A stretch of 21,040 bases of DNA from Armatimonadota bacterium (GCA_037443365.1 JBBIOM010000033.1:1-21040), one strand, 5' to 3'. Positions 7,410-16,953 are shown, counted from the stretch's first letter. Notes: generated from the letters alone by a model not told the origin. Made by a program: numbers and translations.

Positions 7410-9074
7410 CTAGCCGCCCCCCGGTGGGCGCAGGCCCCAGCGCTGTGCGGCTTCCAGCGCCACCGGGTATCCGGCATCGGCGTGGCGCAGAACCCCGGTT
7501 CCGGGATCGGTGGTCAGCACGCGCTCGAGCTTCTCCGCGGCCAGGGAGGACCCGTCGGCCACGCTCACCTGCCCGGCATGGATCGAGTAGCCAATGCCAA
7601 CGCCCCCGCCGTGGTGCACCGAAACCCAGGTGGCGCCCGCGCACGTGTTCACCAGCGCGTTCAGGATGGGCCAGTCGGCGATGGCGTCCGAGCCGTCGAT
7701 CATGCCCTCGGTCTCGCGCATGGGAGAGGCGACCGAGCCGGCGTCCAGGTGATCGCGCCCTATCACGATCGGGGCTGACACGCGGCCGTCGCGTACAAGA
7801 TCGTTGAAGGCGAGGCCAGCCCGTGCGCGCTCGCCGTATCCCAGCCAGCAGATGCGCGCCGGCAACCCCTGGAACGGCACCCGTCCCCCGGCCAGGCGGA
7901 TCCAGCGCGCCAGGCCCTGGTTGTCCGGGAACATCGCCAGGATCGCGGCGTCGGTCGCGGCTATGTCCGCGGGGTCGCCCGAGAGCGCGACCCAACGGAA
8001 TGGTCCCCTCCCTTCGCAGAACAGGGGCCGTATGTAGGCCTGCACGAATCCCGGGTAGGCAAAGGCCGCGGTGAAGCCGCCCTCGCGGGCCTGGCCGCGG
8101 AGATTGTTGCCGTAGTCGAAGACGACGGCTCCGGCGCGCAGCAGGTCCACCATCGCCGCGCAGTGGCTCGCCATCGAGGCCTGCGACCGGGCGATGTAGC
8201 CCGCCGGATCCCTCCGCCGCAGCATGGGCGCCTCCTCGGCGTTGACCCCGATGGGTATGTAACCCTCCAGGGGATCGTGCGCCGAGGTCTGGTCGGTCGC
8301 AACATCCACGCTCACCCCGCGCCGGACGACCTCGGGCAGGACTTCCGCCGCGTTGCCGAGCAGCGCCACCGACAGCGGCTCACGAGACACCTTCGCCTCG
8401 CCGCACCAGCGCATCGCCTCATCCAGGGAGTCCGTGGTTCTATCGACCCATCCCTGAGACCTGCGCCTGTGGATCCTGGAGGGATCGGCCTCCACGACCA
8501 GCGCGACCCCCTCGTTCATTGTGACGGCCATGGGCTGAGCCCCGCCCATGCCTCCCAGCCCGGCGGTGAGCACCAGGCGGCCGCGCAGCGACCCACCGAA
8601 GTGCTGGCGCGCCACCTCGGCGAACGTTTCGTAGGTCCCCTGCAGGATGCCCTGCGTCCCTATGTAGATCCAGGAGCCTGCTGTCATCTGGCCGTACATC
8701 GTCAATCCCAGGGCCTCAAGCTCCCAGAAGTGCTCCCACGTTGCCCATGCCGGGACCAGCATGGCGTTGCTGATGACCACGCGGGGCGCCCAGGCGTGCG
8801 TGCGGAAGGCGCCGATGGGCTTGCCCGACTGCACCAGGAGCGTCTCGTCGTCGCCCAGCGCGCGCAGGGCAGCCACGAGCGCGTCAAACGCCGCCCAGCT
8901 CCGCGCGGCCTTGCCCGTGCCGCCGTAGACGATCAGTTCGTCCGGCTTCTCGGCCACCTCCGGGTCCAGGTTGTTCATCAGCATGCGCAGCGCCGCTTCC
9001 TGCGGCCATCCCCGGCATGAGAGCGTCGTCCCGCGCGGCGCGCGGATGACGCGGCGCCGGTCCACCTGCCTCAT
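7410..9074 (-). CDS. hutU: Urocanate hydratase
   Basis: [90 protein letters not shown] and HHGGGVGIG. Confidence 0.98.
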   Translation of the reverse strand: MRQVDRRRVIRAPRGTTLSCRGWPQEAALRMLMNNLDPEVAEKPDELIVYGGTGKAARSWAAFDALVAALRALGDDETLLVQSGKPIGAFRTHAWAPRVVISNAMLVPAWATWEHFWELEALGLTMYGQMTAGSWIYIGTQGILQGTYETFAEVARQHFGGSLRGRLVLTAGLGGMGGAQPMAVTMNEGVALVVEADPSRIHRRRSQGWVDRTTDSLDEAMRWCGEAKVSREPLSVALLGNAAEVLPEVVRRGVSVDVATDQTSAHDPLEGYIPIGVNAEEAPMLRRRDPAGYIARSQASMASHCAAMVDLLRAGAVVFDYGNNLRGQAREGGFTAAFAYPGFVQAYIRPLFCEGRGPFRWVALSGDPADIAATDAAILAMFPDNQGLARWIRLAGGRVPFQGLPARICWLGYGERARAGLAFNDLVRDGRVSAPIVIGRDHLDAGSVASPMRETEGMIDGSDAIADWPILNALVNTCAGATWVSVHHGGGVGIGYSIHAGQVSVADGSSLAAEKLERVLTTDPGTGVLRHADAGYPVALEAAQRWGLRPPGGG

Positions 9075-10588
9075 GCGAGAACCCCAACGCAGCGCTCAAC
9101 CGCCTCCAGGAGGCGACCGCCGCGCACCAGCGCGGTCGCGGCGTCGATGTCCGGGGCCAGTACGCGGTCCTCGCCCAGGGCAGGGATGACCTCTCGCACC
9201 GCGGCGTAGGCGGCTGCCGTGCCTGCTCCCATCGCGGCGCCATCGCGGAACTCCAGGGCCTGGGCCGCGCACATCAGCTCGATCGCAACGATCTGCTCGA
9301 GATGTGCGACCACCGCTGCCGCCTTGCGCGCCGCCGTGGCGCCCATGCTCACGTGGTCTTCCTGGTTCGCGGAGGTTGGTATGCTGTCGGCGCTCGCTGG
9401 GTGGGCCAGCACCTTGTTCTCCGATGCCAGCGCCGCGGCCGTGTACTGGGCCAGCATCAGCCCGGAGCACAGCCCGCTTTCCCGCGATAGGAAGGCCGGC
9501 AGGCCGCTCGAGGTCGGGTTCAGCAGCCGCTCCACCCTGCGCTCGCTCATCGTGCCGAGCCCAACCATCGCAGCGGCCAGGAAGTCCAGGGCCACGGCCA
9601 CGGGCTGGCCGTGAAAGTTGCCGCCCGAGAGGACCAGGTCTTCCTCGGGGAACAGAAGCGGGTTGTCGGTTACCGCGTTGATCTCGCGCCCGATCACGTC
9701 TGCTGTGTACGCGGCGGCACCGCGCGCCGCCCCGTGCACCTGCGGAATGCAACGGAGGCTGTAGGCATCGTGTACTCGCGCAGGGTCGCTGTCTATTAGG
9801 CCGCTCCCCGCGATCATGCGGCGTACGCTCGCGGCGCTCGCCTGCTGGCCGGGATGAGGGCGTACCTCGTGAACCCGCGGGTGGAAGGCGGCCGAGCATC
9901 CCCGCAGGGCCTCGAGCGTCATCGCACCCACCGCGTCGGCTGCAACGCACAGCCGCTGGGCGCGGTGAACGGTCAGGGCCCCCCAGCCGGTCATCAACTG
10001 CGTCCCGTTGACAAGGGCCACGCCTTCCCGTGCGCGCAACTCCAGCGGCCGTGCTCCAATCCGTTCCAGGGCGGTGCGCGCGGGAATTCGCTCGCCGCGC
10101 ACCACGACCTGGCCCTCGCCGATCAACGCGAGGGCCAGGTGCGCGAGCGGCGCCAGATCGCCGCTTGCCCCGACCGACCCCTGCTCGGGAACAACTGGAT
10201 GAATGCCGTGGTTGAGGAGGTCGGCCAGCAGGTCCACGCACTCGGGCCGCACGCCCGAATGCCCCATGGCCAGGCCGTGCGCGCGCAGCAGCATCATGGC
10301 GCGCACGACGCCTTCCTCCGCCGGGGGGCCCACGCCCGCGGCGTGGCTCAGCACTATGTTGCGCTGCAGGCGGTCGGCGTTCTCGCGGGAGACGCGCACC
10401 GAGGCCAGCCTGCCGACACCGGTGTTGATCGCGTAGACCGGAAGGCCCGAACTCGCCAGGCGGTCCACCTGAGCGAGGACAGCGGTCAGGGCTTCGCGCG
10501 CGCGTGCCGAGACCTCGACGGGTGCCCGGCCTTCGGCCACGGCGACGACGTCGGCGATGGTCAGCGCCTCACCCAGGCGCACGAGCAC
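9071..10588 (-). CDS. hutH: Histidine ammonia-lyase
   Basis: MIO-forming [17 protein letters not shown]-type [34 protein letters not shown] and [15 protein letters not shown] overlap with hutU. Confidence 0.96.
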   Translation of the reverse strand: MLVRLGEALTIADVVAVAEGRAPVEVSARAREALTAVLAQVDRLASSGLPVYAINTGVGRLASVRVSRENADRLQRNIVLSHAAGVGPPAEEGVVRAMMLLRAHGLAMGHSGVRPECVDLLADLLNHGIHPVVPEQGSVGASGDLAPLAHLALALIGEGQVVVRGERIPARTALERIGARPLELRAREGVALVNGTQLMTGWGALTVHRAQRLCVAADAVGAMTLEALRGCSAAFHPRVHEVRPHPGQQASAASVRRMIAGSGLIDSDPARVHDAYSLRCIPQVHGAARGAAAYTADVIGREINAVTDNPLLFPEEDLVLSGGNFHGQPVAVALDFLAAAMVGLGTMSERRVERLLNPTSSGLPAFLSRESGLCSGLMLAQYTAAALASENKVLAHPASADSIPTSANQEDHVSMGATAARKAAAVVAHLEQIVAIELMCAAQALEFRDGAAMGAGTAAAYAAVREVIPALGEDRVLAPDIDAATALVRGGRLLEAVERCVGVLA

Positions 10589-10600
10589 CGGGTCGCTCCG

Positions 10601-11080
10601 TTAGTCCTTCAGACGTTCGTCAAGAAAGTTTATAGATATTTTATCTTTGCCCCTGACGGCCTCGGCCACAGCCAGGGTCGCGCCCTGGCTCACCAGGACC
10701 GCGTTCGCGCCACTGTACTCACGCATCTGCAGCAGGATGGCCTGTGTGGCCAGGGTCGCCTCGGCCTCCAGCAGCTCGCGCAGTTCCTTCTTGGGCTTGC
10801 CGGGTTTGAACAGAACCGACTCGAAGGTTACCGTGATCGCCTTCCGCTCTTGGTCGACCTTCACACCTCTCACGGTATCGGACCCAACGATGTTCTCAAC
10901 AAGGTTCTTCGCGATCACCTCGGGCGGGGGCGGACGGCGCCTCGCCTCCTCGTCCCTCCGGTACTTCGCATCCCAAGCGTACATGCCGGCCGCCACCACC
11001 ACGGCCACGCCCACGTAGATGAGGATCGGCAAGAGGTTGATGCCGGTCTTCCGCACCAGGTTCTTGGACCGCATGCTCAC
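10601..11080 (-). CDS. Hypothetical protein with a single N-terminal transmembrane anchor
   Basis: Hydrophobic LLPILIYVGVAVVVAAGMYAW, then a Pro-rich linker (RRRPPPPE) and a soluble domain. GGAGG RBS lies 8 nt before GTG 11080 (the ORF track uses ATG 11095). Confidence 0.7.
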   Translation of the reverse strand: MSMRSKNLVRKTGINLLPILIYVGVAVVVAAGMYAWDAKYRRDEEARRRPPPPEVIAKNLVENIVGSDTVRGVKVDQERKAITVTFESVLFKPGKPKKELRELLEAEATLATQAILLQMREYSGANAVLVSQGATLAVAEAVRGKDKISINFLDERLKD

Positions 11081-11112
11081 GCGTTGCACCTCCATCGGCA
11101 GACCAGCAGTCT

Positions 11113-11138
11113 ATTCCACCCCAAGACCAAACTCCCTC
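11113..11138 (-). promoter_or_regulatory. Putative SigH-like promoter (GAGGG-N17-GAAT)
   Basis: Minus strand reads GAGGG agtttggtcttggggtg GAAT upstream of the hypothetical gene, with the same spacing as the site at 7347-7373. Confidence 0.45.
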
Positions 11139-11157
11139 CCGCACCAGAGCGCGGGAG
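11136..11157 (-). terminator. Hairpin after the ECF S-component gene (possible terminator)
   Basis: RNA CUCCCGCGC-UCUG-GUGCGGGAG (9 bp including one GU pair), followed by GGAGUUU. Weak U-tract. Confidence 0.35.
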
Positions 11158-11162
11158 CCGGG

Positions 11163-11660
11163 CTACGCGGTGTGTGCGCCGGCCCGCAGCAGCGGCCGCA
11201 AGAGCGGAACCGCCGCCATGATCACGATGACGTCAATGATCACCTCGGTCAGCAGACCGATCGAGAAGACCGTGACCGCTACCTGCGAAGCCGGAATCAG
11301 CCCCACCAGTATGAAGGCCAATATGTTGAGGGCGTGGCCCACCACAATCGTCAGGGCGCCCAGGACCAGGCGGCGCTGGCCCACCAGGCCGGCGACAAGC
11401 CCCATGATCGCATGGGGGATGACAGCGGCCCACTCGAAGGGATTGCCGGCCGGGCTGAGGGCGTTCACCAGGGTGCCGATGAGCCCCACCGACGCCCCGG
11501 CCGCGGGCCCCAGCAGCATGCCCGCGATCACCACCACCACCATGTTCAGCGCCACTATGGCCCCGGGCACCATGGGGTTGGGGATGAACCGAACCACCTG
11601 TCCGAGCACGACGTAGACCGCGGCAAGGACGGCCACCTGGGCCATCAACCGTGGTGACAT
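11163..11660 (-). CDS. ECF transporter S component (substrate unknown)
   Basis: About 165 aa, very hydrophobic, N-terminal AxxxA (AVLAA) and GMLLGPAAGASVGLIG signature. AAGGAGG RBS before ATG 11660. Confidence 0.82.
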   Translation of the reverse strand: MSPRLMAQVAVLAAVYVVLGQVVRFIPNPMVPGAIVALNMVVVVIAGMLLGPAAGASVGLIGTLVNALSPAGNPFEWAAVIPHAIMGLVAGLVGQRRLVLGALTIVVGHALNILAFILVGLIPASQVAVTVFSIGLLTEVIIDVIVIMAAVPLLRPLLRAGAHTA

Positions 11661-11710
11661 GATTCCCTCCTTTGGCTCCGCAGAATGCATTCCACCGGCG
11701 TGCGCTCTAC

Positions 11711-13231
11711 CTACCGAACCACGATGCGGCCATCAAGTCTTGGTGATACGACCCCTGCCCGCCGGATCATCTCGATGAACAGGTCGCGCAGGTCCATCTG
11801 TGTTTCCCGCCGCTGCGTTCCCAGCCTGAACACAGCGTAGCCGTCCCCGCCGTCGGCCATGAAGTCATTGGTGGCGACCGAGTAGCTTCGCGCGGGGTCG
11901 ACGGGCTGTCCGCCGATCCTCAGTTCAACGACCCGCCCCCCGGCAGGGCGGCCCCGCTCGTACGTGTAGGACATCCCCGACACCTGCGGGAAGCGCCCGG
12001 CTCCCGCCTCCACCATGCTGACGCCGTTCTCCAGCGCCTGGCGGATCTGCGCGCCGGTCAGCTGGAAGGTCACTATGGTGTTGTCGAAGGCCAGCACCCG
12101 GAAGGCGTCGCCAAGCGTGATCGGCCCCTCGTTGATCGAGCCGCGGATGTTGCCGCCGTTGATTATCGCCACGTCGGTGCGGGCGAACTCCCGAACAGCA
12201 TCGGAGATCAGGTTGCCCAGGTTGGTCTCGCGCGATCTCACCGTGCCGCGCTCGCCATCGAGGAAGACCCCCGCCCGGCCGATGACCTCGGCGAACCGGG
12301 CCGCCATCCGGTCCTCATACTGCTTGACCAGCGCTGCCACCGCCGGGTCGGGCGCCAGCGCATTGGTAACGGGTAGGTTTTGGACGGAGGCCCGGCGCAC
12401 CTTGCCGTCCTGCACCACCAGGTCGAGGCGGCCCACCGTGGCGCCCAGCCGGTGCGTCTTGACGTACACGGTGGGAGGGTTGTCCAGGGCGAACACCGGT
12501 CGGCCGCCGGCCGCGGTAAGCATGCCGTCGAAGCCGTCCGTGTGCCCGCCAATGATAGCGTGAATCTGAGGGACCGCGCGCGCCAGGGCCAGGTCCTGCA
12601 CGTTGCTCATGTGCGTAAGCGCGACGACCAGGTCCACGCCGCCACCCAGGCCCCGGATGATCCCCTGCGCGCTCGGGATCGGGTGGAAGTACTCCATCTC
12701 GCGTGAGACCTTCGGGTCTATGACATCGGCCCATTCCTCGTCGAGCGCGCTGAAAATCAGCACGCGCAGGCCGGCCACCTGCTTGATGACGAATAGCGGG
12801 GTAAGCTCCTGCGCGCGCCCCCGGAGGGTTGTGGAGATGATCGGGAACTTGGCCAGGCGCACCAGGCGGCGGAAGTGCTCGACGCCGTAGTCGAACTCGT
12901 GGTTGCCCGCCGCCATCGCGTCGTAGCCGATCAAGTTCATCGCCAGGACGTCGGGCTCGCCGCGAAACACCGAGGACATCGCCGTCCCCATCAGGATGTC
13001 GCCTGAGTCCAGCAGCAGCACGTTGGGTGCTTCCTTCCTGATCTGGGCGACCAGGGTGGCCCTCGCCGCCATCCCTCCCACTCCCCTGGCAGCGGGCGTC
13101 TCGAACGGGAGAACGTTCCCGTGGTGCTCGCTGGTGTGCAGGATGGTGAGCCGGACCGCCGGGCTCTGGGCCCCGGAGGTCGCAGCCAACAGAAGAACAA
13201 GAAGGCCTACGGCTACGAATCGGCGCATCAC
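11711..13231 (-). CDS. Secreted 5'-nucleotidase family protein (metallophosphoesterase + 5'-nucleotidase C-terminal domain; UshA/NadN/CpdB superfamily)
   Basis: Signal peptide MRRFVAVGLLVLLLAATSGA; LLLDSGD, GNHEFD, ALTH, IIGGH; C-terminal RSRETNLGNLISDA, NGGNIR, GRFPQVSG and TNDFMADGGDGY. Confidence 0.9.
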   Translation of the reverse strand: MMRRFVAVGLLVLLLAATSGAQSPAVRLTILHTSEHHGNVLPFETPAARGVGGMAARATLVAQIRKEAPNVLLLDSGDILMGTAMSSVFRGEPDVLAMNLIGYDAMAAGNHEFDYGVEHFRRLVRLAKFPIISTTLRGRAQELTPLFVIKQVAGLRVLIFSALDEEWADVIDPKVSREMEYFHPIPSAQGIIRGLGGGVDLVVALTHMSNVQDLALARAVPQIHAIIGGHTDGFDGMLTAAGGRPVFALDNPPTVYVKTHRLGATVGRLDLVVQDGKVRRASVQNLPVTNALAPDPAVAALVKQYEDRMAARFAEVIGRAGVFLDGERGTVRSRETNLGNLISDAVREFARTDVAIINGGNIRGSINEGPITLGDAFRVLAFDNTIVTFQLTGAQIRQALENGVSMVEAGAGRFPQVSGMSYTYERGRPAGGRVVELRIGGQPVDPARSYSVATNDFMADGGDGYAVFRLGTQRRETQMDLRDLFIEMIRRAGVVSPRLDGRIVVR

Positions 13232-13261
13232 TTGTACTCCCTCCTTCTCACTGCAGCCCGA

Positions 13262-13281
13262 GCCGCGCTGCTGAGCGCGGC
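13262..13281. other. Intergenic perfect inverted repeat (8-bp stem)
   Basis: GCCGCGCT-gctg-AGCGCGGC immediately after the cysteine hydrolase stop. No U-tract. Confidence 0.3.
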
Positions 13282-13282
13282 C

Positions 13283-13885
13283 TCACGGCTGCCACGTCAG
13301 TGCGTCGGTCGTGGTGATGATGCCCCGGTACAGGAAAGAGATCTGGCGAATCGCCGCCTGGAGATCGAAGGGGACGAGCGCCGAGACCGCGTCTACGGGC
13401 AGGACCACCCTGTATCCGCGCAGCGCTGCGCTTCCCGCCGTGTGCAGCACGCACACGTTGGCCACGGTCCCGCACACCACGAGTGTCCGAGTGCCGGACG
13501 ACCTCAACTCGTGGTCCAGCGAGGTTGCATAGAAGCCGTCGTAGCCTGGCTTGCGCACCACGCGGTCGCCAGGGCCAGGCCGCAGGGGCTCGACGATCTG
13601 CCAGCCCCAGGTGCCCTCGACGCTGTGAGCACCCCAGATCGCGAACTCGGGATCGTCGCCTCGGTGCGTGTCCTGGGTGTAGAAGACGCGCGCGCCCGAC
13701 GCGCGCGCCCTCTCGAGCAATCTCGCAATGCACGGAATGGTGCCGGCGGCATCGGGGACCAGCAGCGCGCCGCCGGGAGTGACGAAGTCGTTCTGCATGT
13801 CCACAACCACGAGGGCGGCCGTAGCCGATGACACGGCCACGGCCGTCTCCACGGTATGGGGAGGAACCCGAACCTCACCCGTCAT
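13283..13885 (-). CDS. Isochorismatase-family cysteine hydrolase, nicotinamidase/pyrazinamidase-like
   Basis: VVDMQNDF (Asp), VRKPGYDGF (Lys), GTVANVCV (Cys), plus QDTH...WGAH, the D-x-H...W-x-x-H metal-binding pattern of PncA-type enzymes. Confidence 0.82.
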   Translation of the reverse strand: MTGEVRVPPHTVETAVAVSSATAALVVVDMQNDFVTPGGALLVPDAAGTIPCIARLLERARASGARVFYTQDTHRGDDPEFAIWGAHSVEGTWGWQIVEPLRPGPGDRVVRKPGYDGFYATSLDHELRSSGTRTLVVCGTVANVCVLHTAGSAALRGYRVVLPVDAVSALVPFDLQAAIRQISFLYRGIITTTDALTWQP

Positions 13886-13912
13886 GCTCTGCCCTTCTCG
13901 TGCGGCCGGCGC

Positions 13913-15829
13913 CTATCCAGGGGTCTCCGGCCTCGGGCGCAGCCGCGGCACCGGTCCATCCGGCTTCGGGCGCACGGCGGGCTCAACGTGCTCGGGCCGC
14001 GGCTCCGGGGCTGCGGCCGGCTCGGGCTCGCCCCGCGCCAGCGGCTCGCCCGCGAACAACCGCTCGAGATCCTCGGCCTCCAGGCTCTCGTGCTCAATCA
14101 GCGCCTGGGCGACGCGGTCTAGCGCGCCCCGGTGCTCCAGGATGGCCGCGCGCGCCCTGTCGTAGCATTCGTCAATGATGCGCCGTATCTCCTTGTCTAT
14201 CTCGTAGGCAATCTCCTCGCTGTAGTTCCGGCTCTCCACCAGGTCGCGGCCGAGGAAGACCGGCCCGTGCCGCTTGCCCAGCGACAGCGGGCCCAGCTTG
14301 CTGCTCATGCCGTACTCCGTGACCATCTTGCGGGCAAGATCGGTCGCCGCCTCGAAATCGTTCTGCGATCCTGTCGTGATCTCGTTGAAGACGATCTCCT
14401 CGGCAACGCGCCCGCCCAGCCCCACCGTGATTCGGGCCAGGATCTCCTGGCGCGTGTAGGTGTACTTGTCCTCGGGCGGGGCGAACATCACGTATCCGAG
14501 CGCCATGCCGCGCGGCAGGATCGTGACCTTGTGGGGCGGGTCGGCTCCCGGGATCACCTTGGCAAGCAGCGCGTGCCCGGCCTCGTGGTGCGCCGTCAGC
14601 TCGCGCTCCTTGGGCGTCAGCACGCGGCTCCGGCGCTGGGGTCCGGCGATCACGCGGTCGATCGCCTCCTCCATCTCGGCCGCGCTGATCTTATTCTTGT
14701 CGCGGCGCGCGGCCAGCAGCGCCGCCTCGTTGACCATGTTGGACAGATCGGCCCCGGAGAACCCCGGGGTGCGCTTGGCCAGCACGCCCAGGTCCACATC
14801 GTCGGCGATGGGCTTGCCCCTGACATGGACGTCGAGGATGGCACGGCGGCCCTTGGTGTCCGGGTTGTCCACCACGATGCGCCGGTCGAACCGCCCGGGG
14901 CGCAGCAGGGCCGGATCCAGGATGTCGGGCCGGTTCGTAGCGGCGATCACGATTATCCCGCTGTTGGGATCGAATCCGTCCATCTCTACCAGGAGCTGGT
15001 TGAGCGTCTGCTCGCGCTCGTCGTGCCCGCCGCCGAGCCCTGCCCCCCGCTGGCGTCCCACCGCGTCTATCTCGTCTATGAACACCAGGCACGGCACGCT
15101 CTTCTTGGCCTGGTCGAAGAGGTCGCGCACACGCGAGGCGCCGACGCCTACGAACATCTCGACGAACTCCGAGCCAGATATCGAGAAGAAGGGAACCTCG
15201 GCCTCGCCCGCGATCGCCCTGGCCAGCAGCGTCTTCCCCGAGCCCGGCGGACCCACCAGGAGCACACCCCTCGGGATCTTGGCGCCCAGCGCCTGGAACT
15301 TCTTCGGGTACTTCAGGAACTCGATGACCTCCTGGAGCTCTTCCTTGGCCTCCTCGACGCCGGCGACGTCGCCGAAGGTGACCTTGGGTTTGCCCTCGGA
15401 GTGCAGCCGGGCGCGGCTCTTCCCGAATGACATGGCCTGGTTGCTGCCCGACTGGGCCTGCCGCAGCATCAGCATCCAGAGCCCGACCAGCAGCAGGATC
15501 GGCAGGAGCGTGGAGAGCAGGGTGGGCCACAGCGCCGAGCGCGAGCGGGGCTCGACCTTGATGACCACGCCGCGGGCCTTCAGCAGATCAATGTATGACG
15601 TGTCGCCTTGCGGCACATAGACCGTGAACTGCTGGCCGTTCTTCAGTTTGCCTACGACTACACCGTCTCCGATCTCGGCCTGGCTCACCTGACCGGACTG
15701 CACCTGCTCGATGAAGGCGCTGTAGGACATCTCCTCGCGCGGCGGGCGGCGCCAGAGCTGCATGACAAAGGTGAGCGCGACCGTCAGGATCAGGGCCCAG
15801 ACGACCAGGCTTCGCATGTTTCGGTTCAT
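13913..15829 (-). CDS. ftsH: ATP-dependent zinc metalloprotease FtsH
   Basis: Two TM segments, Walker A GPPGSGKT, Walker [36 protein letters not shown] zinc motif and a Pro-rich tail. GGAGG RBS; start is ATG 15829 or GTG 15832. Confidence 0.98.
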   Translation of the reverse strand: MNRNMRSLVVWALILTVALTFVMQLWRRPPREEMSYSAFIEQVQSGQVSQAEIGDGVVVGKLKNGQQFTVYVPQGDTSYIDLLKARGVVIKVEPRSRSALWPTLLSTLLPILLLVGLWMLMLRQAQSGSNQAMSFGKSRARLHSEGKPKVTFGDVAGVEEAKEELQEVIEFLKYPKKFQALGAKIPRGVLLVGPPGSGKTLLARAIAGEAEVPFFSISGSEFVEMFVGVGASRVRDLFDQAKKSVPCLVFIDEIDAVGRQRGAGLGGGHDEREQTLNQLLVEMDGFDPNSGIIVIAATNRPDILDPALLRPGRFDRRIVVDNPDTKGRRAILDVHVRGKPIADDVDLGVLAKRTPGFSGADLSNMVNEAALLAARRDKNKISAAEMEEAIDRVIAGPQRRSRVLTPKERELTAHHEAGHALLAKVIPGADPPHKVTILPRGMALGYVMFAPPEDKYTYTRQEILARITVGLGGRVAEEIVFNEITTGSQNDFEAATDLARKMVTEYGMSSKLGPLSLGKRHGPVFLGRDLVESRNYSEEIAYEIDKEIRRIIDECYDRARAAILEHRGALDRVAQALIEHESLEAEDLERLFAGEPLARGEPEPAAAPEPRPEHVEPAVRPKPDGPVPRLRPRPETPG

Positions 15830-15883
15830 CACTGAGCGGTCTTCCTCCGGGGCGGGGCGCAAGGAACGCGCGGCGCCGCGCCT

Positions 15884-16918
15884 CTATTGTATCATCCGCC
15901 GGTGAGTGGTGCCGCGTGCGCGCACAAGCAGCACGCATCCACCCCTACGCTCCGCACGCAGCCCTGGCAGGTCCGCCTGCTCGCCGGACTGCCCGAGATC
16001 GGCCATCGCGCGGATCCGCTCTATATGGACGAACTTGACGTCGCGAATCTTCCCACCGGCTTCGAGCAGGGCGCGGTGTGCCACCCGGCGTTGAAGGGCA
16101 ACGGGCAAGGCGCAGAACCGCGCGGTGTCGATTGCCACCCCGCTGGCCCGGCGGGCGAGCGTCCCGGAAGTCGCATCTTCCGCGAGACGGTCAAGCAGCG
16201 CCGCGTCATCGGCAACCTGCTCGGCCAGGCGCCGCAGCACCGCCCGGACACCCGGGTTATACCCCGCCAGGTAGGGAATCAAGTCCAGGCGGACGCGGTT
16301 CCGAAGCGGCCCGCGCAGCCGGTTCGTGGGGTCGGTCCTGTGGGGCACGCCCTCGGCCTCCAGGTACGCCGCGACCTCGTGGCGCCAGATGTCGAGCAAG
16401 GGTCTGGCCAGCCGCAGGCCGGCGTGCTGCCTCTGTGGCGGCATTCCGGCCAGCCCGCCAGCACCGGCTCCTCGCAGCAACCAGATGAGCACCGTCTCCA
16501 CCTGGTCGTCGGCCGTGTGCGCCGTGGCCAGGTGCGAGGCGCCGATGCGCCTGGCGACGCGGGCAAGGGCAGCGTACCGCAGCTCCCTCGCCGCCTCCTC
16601 GAGCGTCAGGCGACCCTGTCGTGCTCGAGCCCTGGCGCCGACGCGGACGCACGTAACCGGGATCCCCCAGGCGCGCGCCGTGCGCCTGACAAATGCGGCG
16701 TGCGCTCCGGCGGCCCGGTGGATGCCGTGGTCCACCGTGACCACGTGCAGCCGCAGTGCGAGCCCCTCGCGCAGCCGGCACAGCATGTGCAAGAGGGCCA
16801 TCGAGTCCGGCCCTCCTGAGACAGCCACCACGACCTTCTCGCCGCCGGAGAGCATGCGGTGGCGCGCCAGCGTCTGGCGCACGCGGTGCAGAACGCGAAG
16901 CGATTTCGCGCGGGTCAC
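15884..16918 (-). CDS. tilS: tRNA(Ile)-lysidine synthetase, short form (~344 aa)
   Basis: PP-loop VAVSGGPDSMALL, VDHG, EEAARELRY, ATAHTADDQVET, RPLL, DPTN and RNRVR. GAGGAG RBS before GTG 16918. Upstream of ftsH. Confidence 0.95.
   Translation of the reverse strand: MTRAKSLRVLHRVRQTLARHRMLSGGEKVVVAVSGGPDSMALLHMLCRLREGLALRLHVVTVDHGIHRAAGAHAAFVRRTARAWGIPVTCVRVGARARARQGRLTLEEAARELRYAALARVARRIGASHLATAHTADDQVETVLIWLLRGAGAGGLAGMPPQRQHAGLRLARPLLDIWRHEVAAYLEAEGVPHRTDPTNRLRGPLRNRVRLDLIPYLAGYNPGVRAVLRRLAEQVADDAALLDRLAEDATSGTLARRASGVAIDTARFCALPVALQRRVAHRALLEAGGKIRDVKFVHIERIRAMADLGQSGEQADLPGLRAERRGGCVLLVRARGTTHRRMIQ
15886..15894 (-). promoter_or_regulatory. Extended -10 promoter (TGnTACAAT) for ftsH, inside the last codons of tilS
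   Basis: Minus strand reads GGATGATACAATAG. No good -35, consistent with the extended -10 class. Confidence 0.5.
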
Positions 16919-16953
16919 CGGATGGGGCTCCTCTCGCTCCCGCCTAACAGCGG

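Noticed and set aside
5380..7995. 871-aa ORF suggesting a large N-terminal extension on formiminotransferase
   Set aside because: The extra 573 codons overlap hutU and ASCH out of frame and kptA antisense, and are Arg/Gly/Pro-rich. A clear GGAGG RBS precedes GTG 6276. Long stop-free frames are expected at this GC content.
11661..11710. Riboswitch upstream of the ECF S-component
   Set aside because: The gap is only about 50 nt and I recognise no aptamer motif.
7390..13281. Short intergenic hairpins (7390-7408, 11136-11157, 13262-13281) as a REP-like family or CRISPR remnants
   Set aside because: Their sequences differ from one another and there is no repeat-spacer periodicity.
13913..14050. 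Repeat-like Pro/Glu/Arg-rich tail of FtsH
   Set aside because: An ordinary low-complexity C-terminal tail with no regular DNA repeat unit.
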